Positions 1 to 9,310 of a stretch of 28,031 bases of DNA are shown in pieces. Positions within the stretch are counted from its first letter, which is position 1. Each line of letters opens with the position of its first letter. The notes under the pieces were generated by a model. It was not told where the DNA came from. It was given only the letters and a program-made list of their open reading frames with translations, and searched no databases. The stretch lies in sequence record SRR31156797_1995, one strand, 5' to 3'. The translations under genes and the position numbers were made by a program.

Positions 1-1175
1 ATAGCACCCATATAAGCAGAGATAGATCCTCCACCAGGAGCCATAGATTCTGAAGCAGTTTCTTCAACAAAAGCAGTTAGGCTCATGTCAACTAATTTCT
101 TCGCTCCTTTTTTAGCTTCGTTCTCAAGAATATACTCGATGATTTTCTTGTCAGCATCGAATGGGTATAGCTCGTCTAATCCTAAAGATTTAACAGCGAT
201 CTTGATGATCTCGCGATCAGCAATACCTGTAGAACGACCTTGCATACGCAAGTAGTGCTTACCTGCATCCAACATCGCCTTTAATGGCACAACACCTACC
301 AACTCAGATCCAGTAACACGGATACCACGAGCTTGAGCCTTAGCACAAACCTCATCGAATGCCTGATGAATAGAAGTGATAGAGATATCAGTCATGTTCA
401 TAGAGATCTGAGCAACGCCAAACTCCTCGATAAACCATCCAATTGCTTTAGTAGCCTTCAAGGTTCCCGGAGTCATTACCGGCTTACCGTTCTCATCTTT
501 TACAATCTTTCCTGTGATAGGATTTCCTTCACGCATAGTACGACCACGCTCGCGAACGTCGAATGCAATTGCATTGGCACGACGAGTAGATGTTGTATTT
601 AGGTTGAAGTTATAAGCAACTAGGAAGTTACGTGCACTAACTGCAGTAACACCCGATTTAGCAACAGCATCGGTAAACTCAGCTGGTCCGAAATCCGGCT
701 TCCAACGCTCAGTTCCAATACGATCTTTCACTGCCTCGTACTCTCCAGCACGACAAACAGCAAGGTTTTTACGCTCCTCGATACGTGCGGCATTCTCGTA
801 GCAATAAACAGGAATACCTAGCTCTGTACCAATACGCTCAGCCAATTTATGTGCCAATACCACAGTCTCTTCCATAGTAATGTTTGCAACAGGTACCAAT
901 GGACAAACGTCAGTTGCTCCGAAACGTGGGTGAGCACCTGAATGCTTACTCATATCGATCAATTCAGCCGCTTTTTTAACAGCTTTTACAGCTGCTTCCA
1001 AAACCTCATCAGGAGTACCTACCATAGTTACAACCGTACGGTTAGTCGCTTTTCCCGGATCAACATCAACAAGGCTTACACCTTCTACAGATTCAATTTC
1101 GTTAGTAATCTGCTTAATGATATTCATGTCGTTCCCTTCTGAGAAATTAGGAACACATTCGATTAATTGTTTCAT
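1..1175 (-). CDS. ftcD: Glutamate formimidoyltransferase / formiminotetrahydrofolate cyclodeaminase (bifunctional FTCD), 3' end outside window
   Basis: Absent from the ORF track because it runs off the left edge. Manual translation from ATG at 1175 gives MKQLIECVPNFSEG, the formiminotransferase N-terminus, followed by an HPRFGATDVCP motif. In the same frame near position 1-100 it reads ETASESMAPGGGSISAYMGA, the cyclodeaminase-domain APGGGS motif. It lies downstream of hutI. Confidence 0.95.
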   Translation of the reverse strand, partial: MKQLIECVPNFSEGNDMNIIKQITNEIESVEGVSLVDVDPGKATNRTVVTMVGTPDEVLEAAVKAVKKAAELIDMSKHSGAHPRFGATDVCPLVPVANITMEETVVLAHKLAERIGTELGIPVYCYENAARIEERKNLAVCRAGEYEAVKDRIGTERWKPDFGPAEFTDAVAKSGVTAVSARNFLVAYNFNLNTTSTRRANAIAFDVRERGRTMREGNPITGKIVKDENGKPVMTPGTLKATKAIGWFIEEFGVAQISMNMTDISITSIHQAFDEVCAKAQARGIRVTGSELVGVVPLKAMLDAGKHYLRMQGRSTGIADREIIKIAVKSLGLDELYPFDADKKIIEYILENEAKKGAKKLVDMSLTAFVEETASESMAPGGGSISAYMGA

Positions 1176-1253
1176 TATAGTGTGATTGTATTAAGTTTTA
1201 AATATTTAATTTCTTTTATATCTCATTATTAATCTAATTAGTTCAATAATGAA

Positions 1254-1352
1254 TCTTTCCCTTTAGGGATAATGCCGACAGGCGAAAAGGTGCATTTTAC
1301 AATTACGAAACACTCCTCTGTCCTTTGGACATCACCCCTAAAAGGGGAGAAA
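1254..1352. repeat. REP-like degenerate inverted repeat pair (two ~40-bp GC-rich arms, each with two internal hairpins)
   Basis: The left arm 1254-1292 TCTTTCCCTTTAGGGATAATGCCGACAGGCGAAAAGGTG aligns with the reverse complement of the right arm 1311-1352, TTTCTCCCCTTTTAGGGGTGATGTCCAAAGGACAGAGGAGTG. It is a GC-rich island in an AT-rich spacer. Confidence 0.6.
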
Positions 1353-1374
1353 CTCCTGCCTTAATAACAGTGAA

Positions 1375-2628
1375 TTATAGTCTCTGTCCTCTCAAAATCA
1401 CTGCATCAATCAAATTACTACCATAAGCATAAGGCATAAACTCGATAGATGGAATTTCTTTTGTGATGAATACGTTGGCAATTTTACCTTTGGCAATACT
1501 TCCCAACTCTTCCTGAACGCCCATTGCGTAAGCAGAGTTTATTGTAGTCGCATTCACAGCTTCCTGTGGTAACATTTTATAGTTGATACAAGCCAATGAC
1601 ATGATGAATTTCATATTACCCGATGGAGATGATCCTGGATTGAAATCAGAAGCCAAAGCAACTGGTAATCCTGCATTCATCATATTGCGAACAGGCGAAC
1701 AAACCATATTTAGAAAGAAAGCTGCACCAGGCAAAACAGTTGGCATAGTTTCAGATTTCTTTAGGCATTCTATTTCCTCATCGCCTACAAACTCCAAGTG
1801 GTCAACCGATAGAGCATTGTACTTCACTCCTACCTGAATACCTCCTGAATAATCCAACTCATTGGCATGGATTTTAGGACGCATTCCGTGTTTCATTCCT
1901 GCATTTAGAATTCTATCGGTCTCCTCAACAGTAAAGAATCCTTTATCGCAAAATACATCGATATAGTCAGCCAATTCTTCAGCAGCAACCATTGGAATCA
2001 TTTCGTTGATTACCAAATCAACATACTCGCCCTGACGACCTTTATACTCAGCAGGAACAGCATGAGCTCCCAGGAAACTAGCCTTAATGGTTAAAGGAGT
2101 CGATTCTTTAATTCGTTTGATAACGCGAAGCATCTTCAATTCGTCTTCAACAGTCAAACCATATCCACTCTTGATTTCAACAGCACCGGTTCCCATGCTG
2201 ATGATCTCATGAATACGCACCATTGCAGATTCAAACAATTCATCTTCGGTAGCATCATGCATACGCTTGGCAGAGTTCAGAATTCCACCTCCACGCTTGG
2301 CAATTTCTTCGTACGAAAGACCTTTTATTTTATCGGTGTACTCAATTTCGCGACTTCCTGCATAAACCAAATGGGTATGCGAATCGCAGAAAGACGGGAA
2401 TACCATTCGTCCGGTAGCATCAATTTCTTCTACCTCATCGAATCCTTCCAATTCGTCGTAATTTGGCATGTCTTCCATTTTACCGAAATCAGCGATCTTT
2501 TCATCTTCAATCAGTAAATATGCATTATCAATGCAATTTAAGTTTGCCATATCAGTTCCAGCCACCCATTTACGTGGATTTTCTTCAACCTGAACTAAGG
2601 TTTTTATATTGCTAATCAACAACTTCAT
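1375..2628 (-). CDS. hutI: Imidazolonepropionase
   Basis: Amidohydrolase motifs DSHTH, EIKSGYGL, FLGAH, KIHANEL, SVDHLE and ASDFNPGS are present. I moved the start from 2694 to the ATG at 2628 (MKLLISNIK), because the upstream 22 codons look like AT-rich promoter sequence. Confidence 0.95.
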   Translation of the reverse strand: MKLLISNIKTLVQVEENPRKWVAGTDMANLNCIDNAYLLIEDEKIADFGKMEDMPNYDELEGFDEVEEIDATGRMVFPSFCDSHTHLVYAGSREIEYTDKIKGLSYEEIAKRGGGILNSAKRMHDATEDELFESAMVRIHEIISMGTGAVEIKSGYGLTVEDELKMLRVIKRIKESTPLTIKASFLGAHAVPAEYKGRQGEYVDLVINEMIPMVAAEELADYIDVFCDKGFFTVEETDRILNAGMKHGMRPKIHANELDYSGGIQVGVKYNALSVDHLEFVGDEEIECLKKSETMPTVLPGAAFFLNMVCSPVRNMMNAGLPVALASDFNPGSSPSGNMKFIMSLACINYKMLPQEAVNATTINSAYAMGVQEELGSIAKGKIANVFITKEIPSIEFMPYAYGSNLIDAVILRGQRL

Positions 2629-2840
2629 ATTGGTAGTATTGTATAATTTATGATTTTCGAACTTAGCAATTAATACTAAGATTCGAATATGCAAATATTA
2701 GGGAAAATTGAACAAATTGCAAACCTTTTCGATATGCCTTTTAATATTATTTTGATACCCTTAGTTTCTTGATATTTTTCTATTTTTACGCATTCAATTT
2801 TAAAGGGAACTAACAATACATTCAACCTAAATCATTACAA

Positions 2841-4436
2841 ATGTTCAAAAAAATACCACATACCTATGTAATTGTATTTGCGATAGTGGTTCTATCTGCA
2901 ATTTTAACATGGGTTATTCCTGGGGGAGAGTTCGACAGAACTACAGTTAATGTGAATGGAACCGATAGAGAAGTTATCGTTCAGGGATCATATCACGAAA
3001 TTGAAAGCCAGGGACAAAGCTGGGAGATATTCTCTTCTTTCTTTGAAGGATTCGTTGACAAAGCCGATATCATCATGTTTATTTTAGTGATTGGTGGCGC
3101 ATTCTGGATCATGAATGCCAGCAAATCTATTGATGTTGGAATCTATTCTTTTCTAAAGTTCACACAAAAACTCGAAAAAAATAAAGCCATACGGAAAATT
3201 GGGGTAAACAATATTATCCTAACTTTAATCATGCTGGTGTTTAGTGCTTTTGGCGCCACCTTTGGTATGAGTGAGGAAACCATTGCATTCGTTATCATCT
3301 TTGTGCCAATGTCTATAAAAATGGGCTACGATTCTATTGTGGGTGTATGTATTTGCTTTGTTGCTGCTGGACTTGGGTTTGCAGGAGCACTTCTGAATCC
3401 TTTTACCATTGGTATTGCTCAGGGATTATCCAACCTTCCATTGTTTTCAGGTATTGAATATCGTCTGTTCTGCTGGGTGGTAATTAATGTAATTGGATTT
3501 GCATTTATTTTAAGATATGCAGCAAAAATACACAAGGATCCAACAAAATCGTTGGTTTACACCGATGATGAATATTGGAGAAAACACAACGATGTGGATA
3601 TGGAAGAATTGGAATTCTATACTCCAAAATCAGCTTGGGTTACTTATTTCATTCTTCTGATAACTATGGTTGTATTTTCTTATCATTACCCACAAAGTAC
3701 TTTGAAAGTTGGTAATTCAGAAATGACAACCTACGTTCTTCCTATAGTTACAGGTTTGTTCGCTATTTTGGGGCTTTTATCCTTAAGAAAATCTGTTCAT
3801 TTCTATATTTTGAATCTACTTCTTTTCACCATTATTTATTTGATAGTTGGTGTAATGGGATACGGTTGGTACATTATGGAAATTGCTACCTTATTCTTCG
3901 CCATGGGTATTTTCTCGGGTATTGCTTTCAACAATACAGCAAACGAAATCACTCATTTATTCCTTGAAGGATCTAGAGATATCCTTTCTGCAGCTATGAT
4001 TGTAGGTTTGGCAGGTGGTATCCTTATTGTATTGGAAGATGGTAATGTAATTGATTCTATTCTTTACTACATCTCCCAATCGATGAATGATTTTGGTAAA
4101 ATGGCTTCGGTTTCTATCATGTATCTGATTCAAAATTTCATCAATGTAATTATTCCATCGGGATCGGCAAAAGCTGCTTTAACCATGCCAATGATGTCGC
4201 AATTCTCCGATTTAATTGGAGTTCCTCGTCAGGCAACTGTAATGGCTTTCCAATTTGGTGATGGTTTTACCAATATGATTACTCCTACTTCGGGTGTGTT
4301 AATTGGTGTTCTAGGTGTAGCCAAAATTCCTTACGACAAGTGGGTAAAATGGATTGGTGGATTTATGGTAATACTTCTTCTTTTAGGATTGCTACTATTA
4401 ATACCGACCGTTACCATGGAACTAAACGGATTCTAA
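2841..4436 (+). CDS. yfcC: YfcC/DcuC-family membrane transporter (basic amino acid or C4-dicarboxylate antiporter-like)
   Basis: N-terminal KIPHTYVIVF, then GATFGMSEETIAF, NPFTIGIAQ, IPSGSAKA and AFQFGDGFTNMITPTSG motifs typical of YfcC, with many hydrophobic segments. The substrate cannot be determined from sequence. Confidence 0.85.
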   Translation: MFKKIPHTYVIVFAIVVLSAILTWVIPGGEFDRTTVNVNGTDREVIVQGSYHEIESQGQSWEIFSSFFEGFVDKADIIMFILVIGGAFWIMNASKSIDVGIYSFLKFTQKLEKNKAIRKIGVNNIILTLIMLVFSAFGATFGMSEETIAFVIIFVPMSIKMGYDSIVGVCICFVAAGLGFAGALLNPFTIGIAQGLSNLPLFSGIEYRLFCWVVINVIGFAFILRYAAKIHKDPTKSLVYTDDEYWRKHNDVDMEELEFYTPKSAWVTYFILLITMVVFSYHYPQSTLKVGNSEMTTYVLPIVTGLFAILGLLSLRKSVHFYILNLLLFTIIYLIVGVMGYGWYIMEIATLFFAMGIFSGIAFNNTANEITHLFLEGSRDILSAAMIVGLAGGILIVLEDGNVIDSILYYISQSMNDFGKMASVSIMYLIQNFINVIIPSGSAKAALTMPMMSQFSDLIGVPRQATVMAFQFGDGFTNMITPTSGVLIGVLGVAKIPYDKWVKWIGGFMVILLLLGLLLLIPTVTMELNGF

Positions 4437-4455
4437 AATATCACACTACACAAGT

Positions 4456-4481
4456 AAAGGGGCTCACATGAGCCCCTTTTT
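4456..4481. terminator. Bidirectional intrinsic terminator between convergent yfcC and susD
   Basis: AAAGGGGCTCA-CA-TGAGCCCCTTT is a perfect inverted repeat flanked by A and T runs. Confidence 0.85.
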
Positions 4482-4501
4482 AATTCTACTAACCTTTATC
4501 A

Positions 4502-5902
4502 CTAATATCCGTCGTTCTGGATTAAATTATCATTTACATCCATTTCTCTCTTCGGAATAGGCATAACCAATGATGGAGCATCATATGCTAAAGTACCTAC
4601 AGACTCTTTCCAACGCTTAATGTCGTGAAGTCTGAACCCTTCAAATGCCAATTCAAGTTTCCTTTCCGTTCTAATTATATTCTGAGTAACCGATCCTAAA
4701 GGAGATAATCCAGCTCTGTCACGAATCGTATTTATATCTTCCAAAGGAGTTGCTCCAAGTGTGTTTCCACTCTCGAAATTTCCTTCTGCCCTAGTCAAAT
4801 ACATTTCTGCCAAACGAACAAATGTTAAGTTTGTTTTAAAATCAAGCCACTTTGCACAATAATTTCCACCTGAAGCATTTGAACCAAATCCCAAATAATA
4901 AATACTATTCACATCCGTAATTTTTGAATCATCATCTAAATCCGTTTGAATCAATCCTCTTAAATCACCAGCTTCGTATTTATCGGTTTGTACATTTGTA
5001 ATTTGAAAATCGGATCTTCCTGTAGCATCTGTACTTGCATAAAAAGTTGCCATACCAGCATTATTCTCCCCGATATTATCATCATTATTTTGCTGAAAAG
5101 TAAAAACATCCTCAAAACCATTTGTCTCGTTATTGTAGGCATCAAAAGGAGTTTCTGCTAAATCGAATCCGCCTTCAGTAATCACATAATTGGCCTCTAT
5201 TGCCGCTTCCTCATACATTCCTTTTTGTAAATAAATCCTGGACAAAATTGCAGCTGCAGCATATTTATTTGCATAAAAGCTACTATTCCCTAATAAGCTT
5301 TTCGCCATAGATAAATCTGAAATTGCCAGATTATACACTTCTTCGACTGTAGATCGTGCCGGATATTCCACTTTACTAACATCAAAATTAGATTTCAATA
5401 CAATAGGAACCCCAAGCTGAGTATTAGATTGTCCTGCCTCATAAGGCTTAGCATAAAATCTTACTAAATCAAAATACATTAATCCACGCAAGAAATATGC
5501 TTGTCCGCTTAATTCATCCCTATCACTTTCGTCAAGTACATCTGTATAATCAAGAACAATATTGGCTCTATTTATTGCATCGTAAGCCAATTCCCAAGCA
5601 TCATCAGCCCAAGAAAAATCATCAACCAAATTTTTACTTATCAAATCACGAGGTTGAGAAAAGGTTCCTCTAAAGTCAAATTCACCATCATCAGCCAACA
5701 ACTCACTAAAATGAAACAAATTTTGACCATAAGCATCTCTAACAACAGGATAAGTACCTACCAAAGTAAGTTCAATACTTCCAGCATCAGTTAATACTTG
5801 ATCTGTATCAATTGACTGTTGTGGGTCCAAGTCCAAAAAGCTATCACATCCTGCAAAAATGAAGATGGATAAAACGATTAATATTGATTTTATAAATTTC
5901 AT
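4502..5902 (-). CDS. susD: SusD/RagB-family nutrient-binding outer-membrane lipoprotein (pair 1)
   Basis: Lipobox IFAG-C, with AYFLRGLMYFDLVRFY, RLAEMYLTRAE, ERKLELAFEGFRLHDIKRW and C-terminal QNDGY motifs. It lies directly downstream of susC. Confidence 0.93.
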   Translation of the reverse strand: MKFIKSILIVLSIFIFAGCDSFLDLDPQQSIDTDQVLTDAGSIELTLVGTYPVVRDAYGQNLFHFSELLADDGEFDFRGTFSQPRDLISKNLVDDFSWADDAWELAYDAINRANIVLDYTDVLDESDRDELSGQAYFLRGLMYFDLVRFYAKPYEAGQSNTQLGVPIVLKSNFDVSKVEYPARSTVEEVYNLAISDLSMAKSLLGNSSFYANKYAAAAILSRIYLQKGMYEEAAIEANYVITEGGFDLAETPFDAYNNETNGFEDVFTFQQNNDDNIGENNAGMATFYASTDATGRSDFQITNVQTDKYEAGDLRGLIQTDLDDDSKITDVNSIYYLGFGSNASGGNYCAKWLDFKTNLTFVRLAEMYLTRAEGNFESGNTLGATPLEDINTIRDRAGLSPLGSVTQNIIRTERKLELAFEGFRLHDIKRWKESVGTLAYDAPSLVMPIPKREMDVNDNLIQNDGY

Positions 5903-5920
5903 ATATTTTATTTTTTTGGA

Positions 5921-8900
5921 TTAGAAACTTAAATTAACTCCGAACATATATGTTTTTGCCTGAGGAGTGGAATAATAATCAATTCCTTGACGTATATTAG
6001 TAGACAACTGTGTTCGATTACTTCCTGGAGCGCTTACCTCTGGATCCCATCCTTTGAAATCCGTATGTGTCCATAAGTTTTGCCCTGTAAAGTATATTCG
6101 CACTTTATTAACATTAATCTTCTGTGTCAAGCTCTTAGGCAAAGTATATCCCAATGTCAAATCCTTCAAACGAATATAAGATCCATCAGAAATCCATCTG
6201 GAAGAAGTTCTTGTTCCATTACTATCTCCAAATCTTGCTTGTGGAATATCAGTAATATCACCAGGCTTTTGCCAACGATCCAACTGATCACGAGTTTGAT
6301 TATCTACCCAATCACCATTGGCAGACATAAAACGCCCTGCATCGTTATAGATATCATTTCCATATACAAATTGGAAGAAAATTCTGGCATCAAATCCTTT
6401 ATATGAAAAAGTATTGTCCAATCCTCCGAAAAAATCAGGATTAGGATCACCAACAACCATATCCTCTGCAAGATTATAATTATTCGTAGTTTCATCGCTT
6501 CCTTCCTCAATATAGTATAGAGCATCTCCATTATCTGAATCAACTCCAGCATATTTTTTCATGTAAAATACACCAATTGGTTCCCCAACCATAACTCTAT
6601 TTACTCCACTTTGGATAGGATCAATTAGTTTAATGATTTCATTTTTATTAAATGCAATATTGAAACTAGTACTCCAAGTAAAATCTCCAATTAAGTTATT
6701 GGAATTTATAGTAAATTCCCATCCTTTATTTTCCAATTCACCAACATTCTCGGCAATACTCGAATAGCCAGATGTATATGGCAATAATCTATCCAATAAT
6801 AAATCGGTAGTCTTTTTATAATAGTAATCGATCTCACCATTTATTCGATTATCAAATAATCCAAAATCAATTCCAATATCAGTTTGTGCAGTTTTCTCCC
6901 ACTGCAATTTTGAATTTGCCAACTGTGTTGGCTCAATAGCTGAGTTCCCTGAATATCTTGTTCCGCCAAATAATCCTCTGGAAGGGAAATTTCCAATTTC
7001 TGAATTCCCAGTAATACCATATGAAGCTCGAAGTTTCAGGAAGCTCATTACTGGGTTATCCAACAAGAAATCTTCCTTAGATATAATCCACCCTAGAGAT
7101 CCAGCATAAAATCCACCATAACGATTATCATCTCCAAACTTACTAGACCCGTCAACACGATAACTTAAAGTTGCAAGATATCTATCCAAATACTTATAGT
7201 TTAATCTAGAAAAATAAGATAAGTATGAATATTCTGTTTTAGAGCTAAAAAAATCATCATTTTCTGCAGCTGAAGCTATCGTTTGAAAATCATCCGATGG
7301 AAATCCTTTTCCACCAACTCTATCGATACGGCTTTCTGCTTTTTGAATGGACATTCCTAATACCGCCTCAAGTCTATGATTTTCATTAAACTCTTTTGTA
7401 AAAGTGAAATAATTATCTAACGAGTAGTTTAATACATTCACATTTCTCAAATAGGCCTTACCAGCTGGTGCACCATCATCAGTTTTTCTACTCCAATATT
7501 GATCTTCTCTTTGATTAAGATTATCAAGTCCAAATACTGATTTAAAAGATAATTCAGGAAGAATCTTATAATCCACATAGGCATTAGCAAATGTTCTATA
7601 GACTAAAGTTTCATACGAATTGTATTTAGACGCTAACAATCCATTAAAATAAAATGTATCTCCAAAAGGTTCACCTGATTCATCATAAGCTGGAAAATAA
7701 GGAGCCTGAGCGATTAATTGAGTTGGAGTTGAAAATGCATTATCATCAGATACACGATCTAAAACACTCCTGACAAAATTAAATTTTATGCCAAAATCTA
7801 TTTTTTCACTAAGTTGGTGATCCAGATTCAATCTACCACTCATACGTTTGAAATCATTATCAATCAAAATACCTTCCTGATCTGAATATGACAAACCTGC
7901 ATAAAATCGGGTTTTCTCATTTCCACCTGAAGCGCTAATATTATAATTAGATGAGACTGCAGTTCTAAACATTTCATCTTGCCAATCGGTATCTGCAGTT
8001 TCTTCTATAGAACTAAAACCACCCCAATCAAGTATCGATTCCTGACCATTCATACCTGGAGATAAAGCCCAACCAGAATTCTCCATTCCTTCACCAAGAA
8101 GCTCAACATACTCCTGAGTATTCAAAACATCCAACCTGTTGGTTTCTTTAGCAATGGCAACTGAATAATTAACATTTATCACAGTTTTCTTATTTTTTCC
8201 ACCTGATTTCGTAGTGATAATTACAACTCCATTAGATGCTCTGGATCCATATATTGAGGCAGCAGATGCATCTTTTAATATTTGTATTGAAGCTATATCA
8301 TCAAAATTTAAGTCAGCAATCGGATTTGTTGGTTGATTACCTGTACTTCCCTGATCTTGAGATGTAACAACAACTCCATCGACCACATAAAGAGGTTGGT
8401 TACTCGCACTCAACGAAGAAGCTCCCCTTACTCGAATATTAATTCCTTCACCAAGTTTTCCTGTGCTTTGTTGAATAAAAACTCCAGATGTTTTTCCTTG
8501 CATCGAAGTCTCGAAAGAAGGCGCAGGTACTTTTTGTAATCCTTCAATATCAACTTTTGAAATTGCACCAGTCAATTCAGATTTTATCTGCTTTCCGTAT
8601 CCAACAACCACAACTTCATCCATTCCAATACTTTCCGTAACCAGTGAAATATTAATAACGGTTTGGTCGCCTACGAGTATTTCCTGATCAACCATACCAA
8701 CAAAACTAAAAACTAAAAGATCTGTTGGTTTAGCATCAATTGAATACTTTCCATCTATATTAGTACTAGTGCCCGTAGTAGTTCCTTTGATAACAACGGA
8801 AACACCTGGCATTTGGATACCATCATCAGAACTTATAACGGTACCTGAAATCTGTTTTGTTTGTGCATTTATTAGTTGTATTGACATAATAAATAAACAA

Positions 8901-8923
8901 ACAATAAATATCAGTTTTTTCAT
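5921..8923 (-). CDS. susC: SusC/RagA-family TonB-dependent transporter (pair 1)
   Basis: Signal peptide ending INA-Q, N-terminal carboxypeptidase-regulatory-like domain, EVVVVGYG, PLYVVDG, the LKDASAASIYGSRASNGVVIITTK plug signature, and C-terminal GVNLSF. Confidence 0.96.
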   Translation of the reverse strand: MKKLIFIVCLFIMSIQLINAQTKQISGTVISSDDGIQMPGVSVVIKGTTTGTSTNIDGKYSIDAKPTDLLVFSFVGMVDQEILVGDQTVINISLVTESIGMDEVVVVGYGKQIKSELTGAISKVDIEGLQKVPAPSFETSMQGKTSGVFIQQSTGKLGEGINIRVRGASSLSASNQPLYVVDGVVVTSQDQGSTGNQPTNPIADLNFDDIASIQILKDASAASIYGSRASNGVVIITTKSGGKNKKTVINVNYSVAIAKETNRLDVLNTQEYVELLGEGMENSGWALSPGMNGQESILDWGGFSSIEETADTDWQDEMFRTAVSSNYNISASGGNEKTRFYAGLSYSDQEGILIDNDFKRMSGRLNLDHQLSEKIDFGIKFNFVRSVLDRVSDDNAFSTPTQLIAQAPYFPAYDESGEPFGDTFYFNGLLASKYNSYETLVYRTFANAYVDYKILPELSFKSVFGLDNLNQREDQYWSRKTDDGAPAGKAYLRNVNVLNYSLDNYFTFTKEFNENHRLEAVLGMSIQKAESRIDRVGGKGFPSDDFQTIASAAENDDFFSSKTEYSYLSYFSRLNYKYLDRYLATLSYRVDGSSKFGDDNRYGGFYAGSLGWIISKEDFLLDNPVMSFLKLRASYGITGNSEIGNFPSRGLFGGTRYSGNSAIEPTQLANSKLQWEKTAQTDIGIDFGLFDNRINGEIDYYYKKTTDLLLDRLLPYTSGYSSIAENVGELENKGWEFTINSNNLIGDFTWSTSFNIAFNKNEIIKLIDPIQSGVNRVMVGEPIGVFYMKKYAGVDSDNGDALYYIEEGSDETTNNYNLAEDMVVGDPNPDFFGGLDNTFSYKGFDARIFFQFVYGNDIYNDAGRFMSANGDWVDNQTRDQLDRWQKPGDITDIPQARFGDSNGTRTSSRWISDGSYIRLKDLTLGYTLPKSLTQKINVNKVRIYFTGQNLWTHTDFKGWDPEVSAPGSNRTQLSTNIRQGIDYYSTPQAKTYMFGVNLSF

Positions 8924-8958
8924 GAAATTAAATTTTAGTTAGTATTTCATAATAATTT

Positions 8959-9310
8959 TTCGAGTATAGCATTACTCGAACAAATACAATAAAGCTTTAA
9001 CTGATTGGTTTCTTTAGACTACACCTACGAAATACAAGCACACTTTTAGGTGCCTGATCCTTGGTTCTTAACAAGAATGTTTAGAACAACAATGCAAATG
9101 TTTGCGCATTAAAAAACATTTCAGAATCATTCTCAGATCTGACAGTCCTCCTTAATAAATAGTGGTGTTTTCGGGCTTAAAGCTTGGAGAGATAAAATTG
9201 CAATCGATATTCTTTATAACTGCCGACAAGAAATAAATGAATAACGAATCTTTATTTACAATAATTTTGTAAATAATTAGGTTTAAAATTTAAATTCTTA
9301 CAAGAATTTT
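8959..9310 (-). promoter_or_regulatory. Putative long structured 5' leader of susC pair 1
   Basis: Nested stems on the minus strand: AAGCUUUAA(9185-9177)/UUAAAGCUU(9000-8992), GGACUG(9148-9143)/UAGUCU(9021-9016) and CACCUA/UAGGUG. Further hairpins lie at 8959-8980, 9252-9276 and 9292-9309. The region contains no long ORF. Confidence 0.5.

Noticed and set aside
333-1142. ORF-track + strand ORFs 333..602 and 942..1142
   Set aside because: They are antisense shadows of ftcD with no recognisable motifs.
2629-2694. N-terminal extension of HutI in the ORF track (and likewise 27224-27274 for the M16 peptidase)
   Set aside because: The upstream in-frame starts fall in AT-rich promoter sequence. The family-typical N-terminus or signal peptide begins at the downstream ATG.
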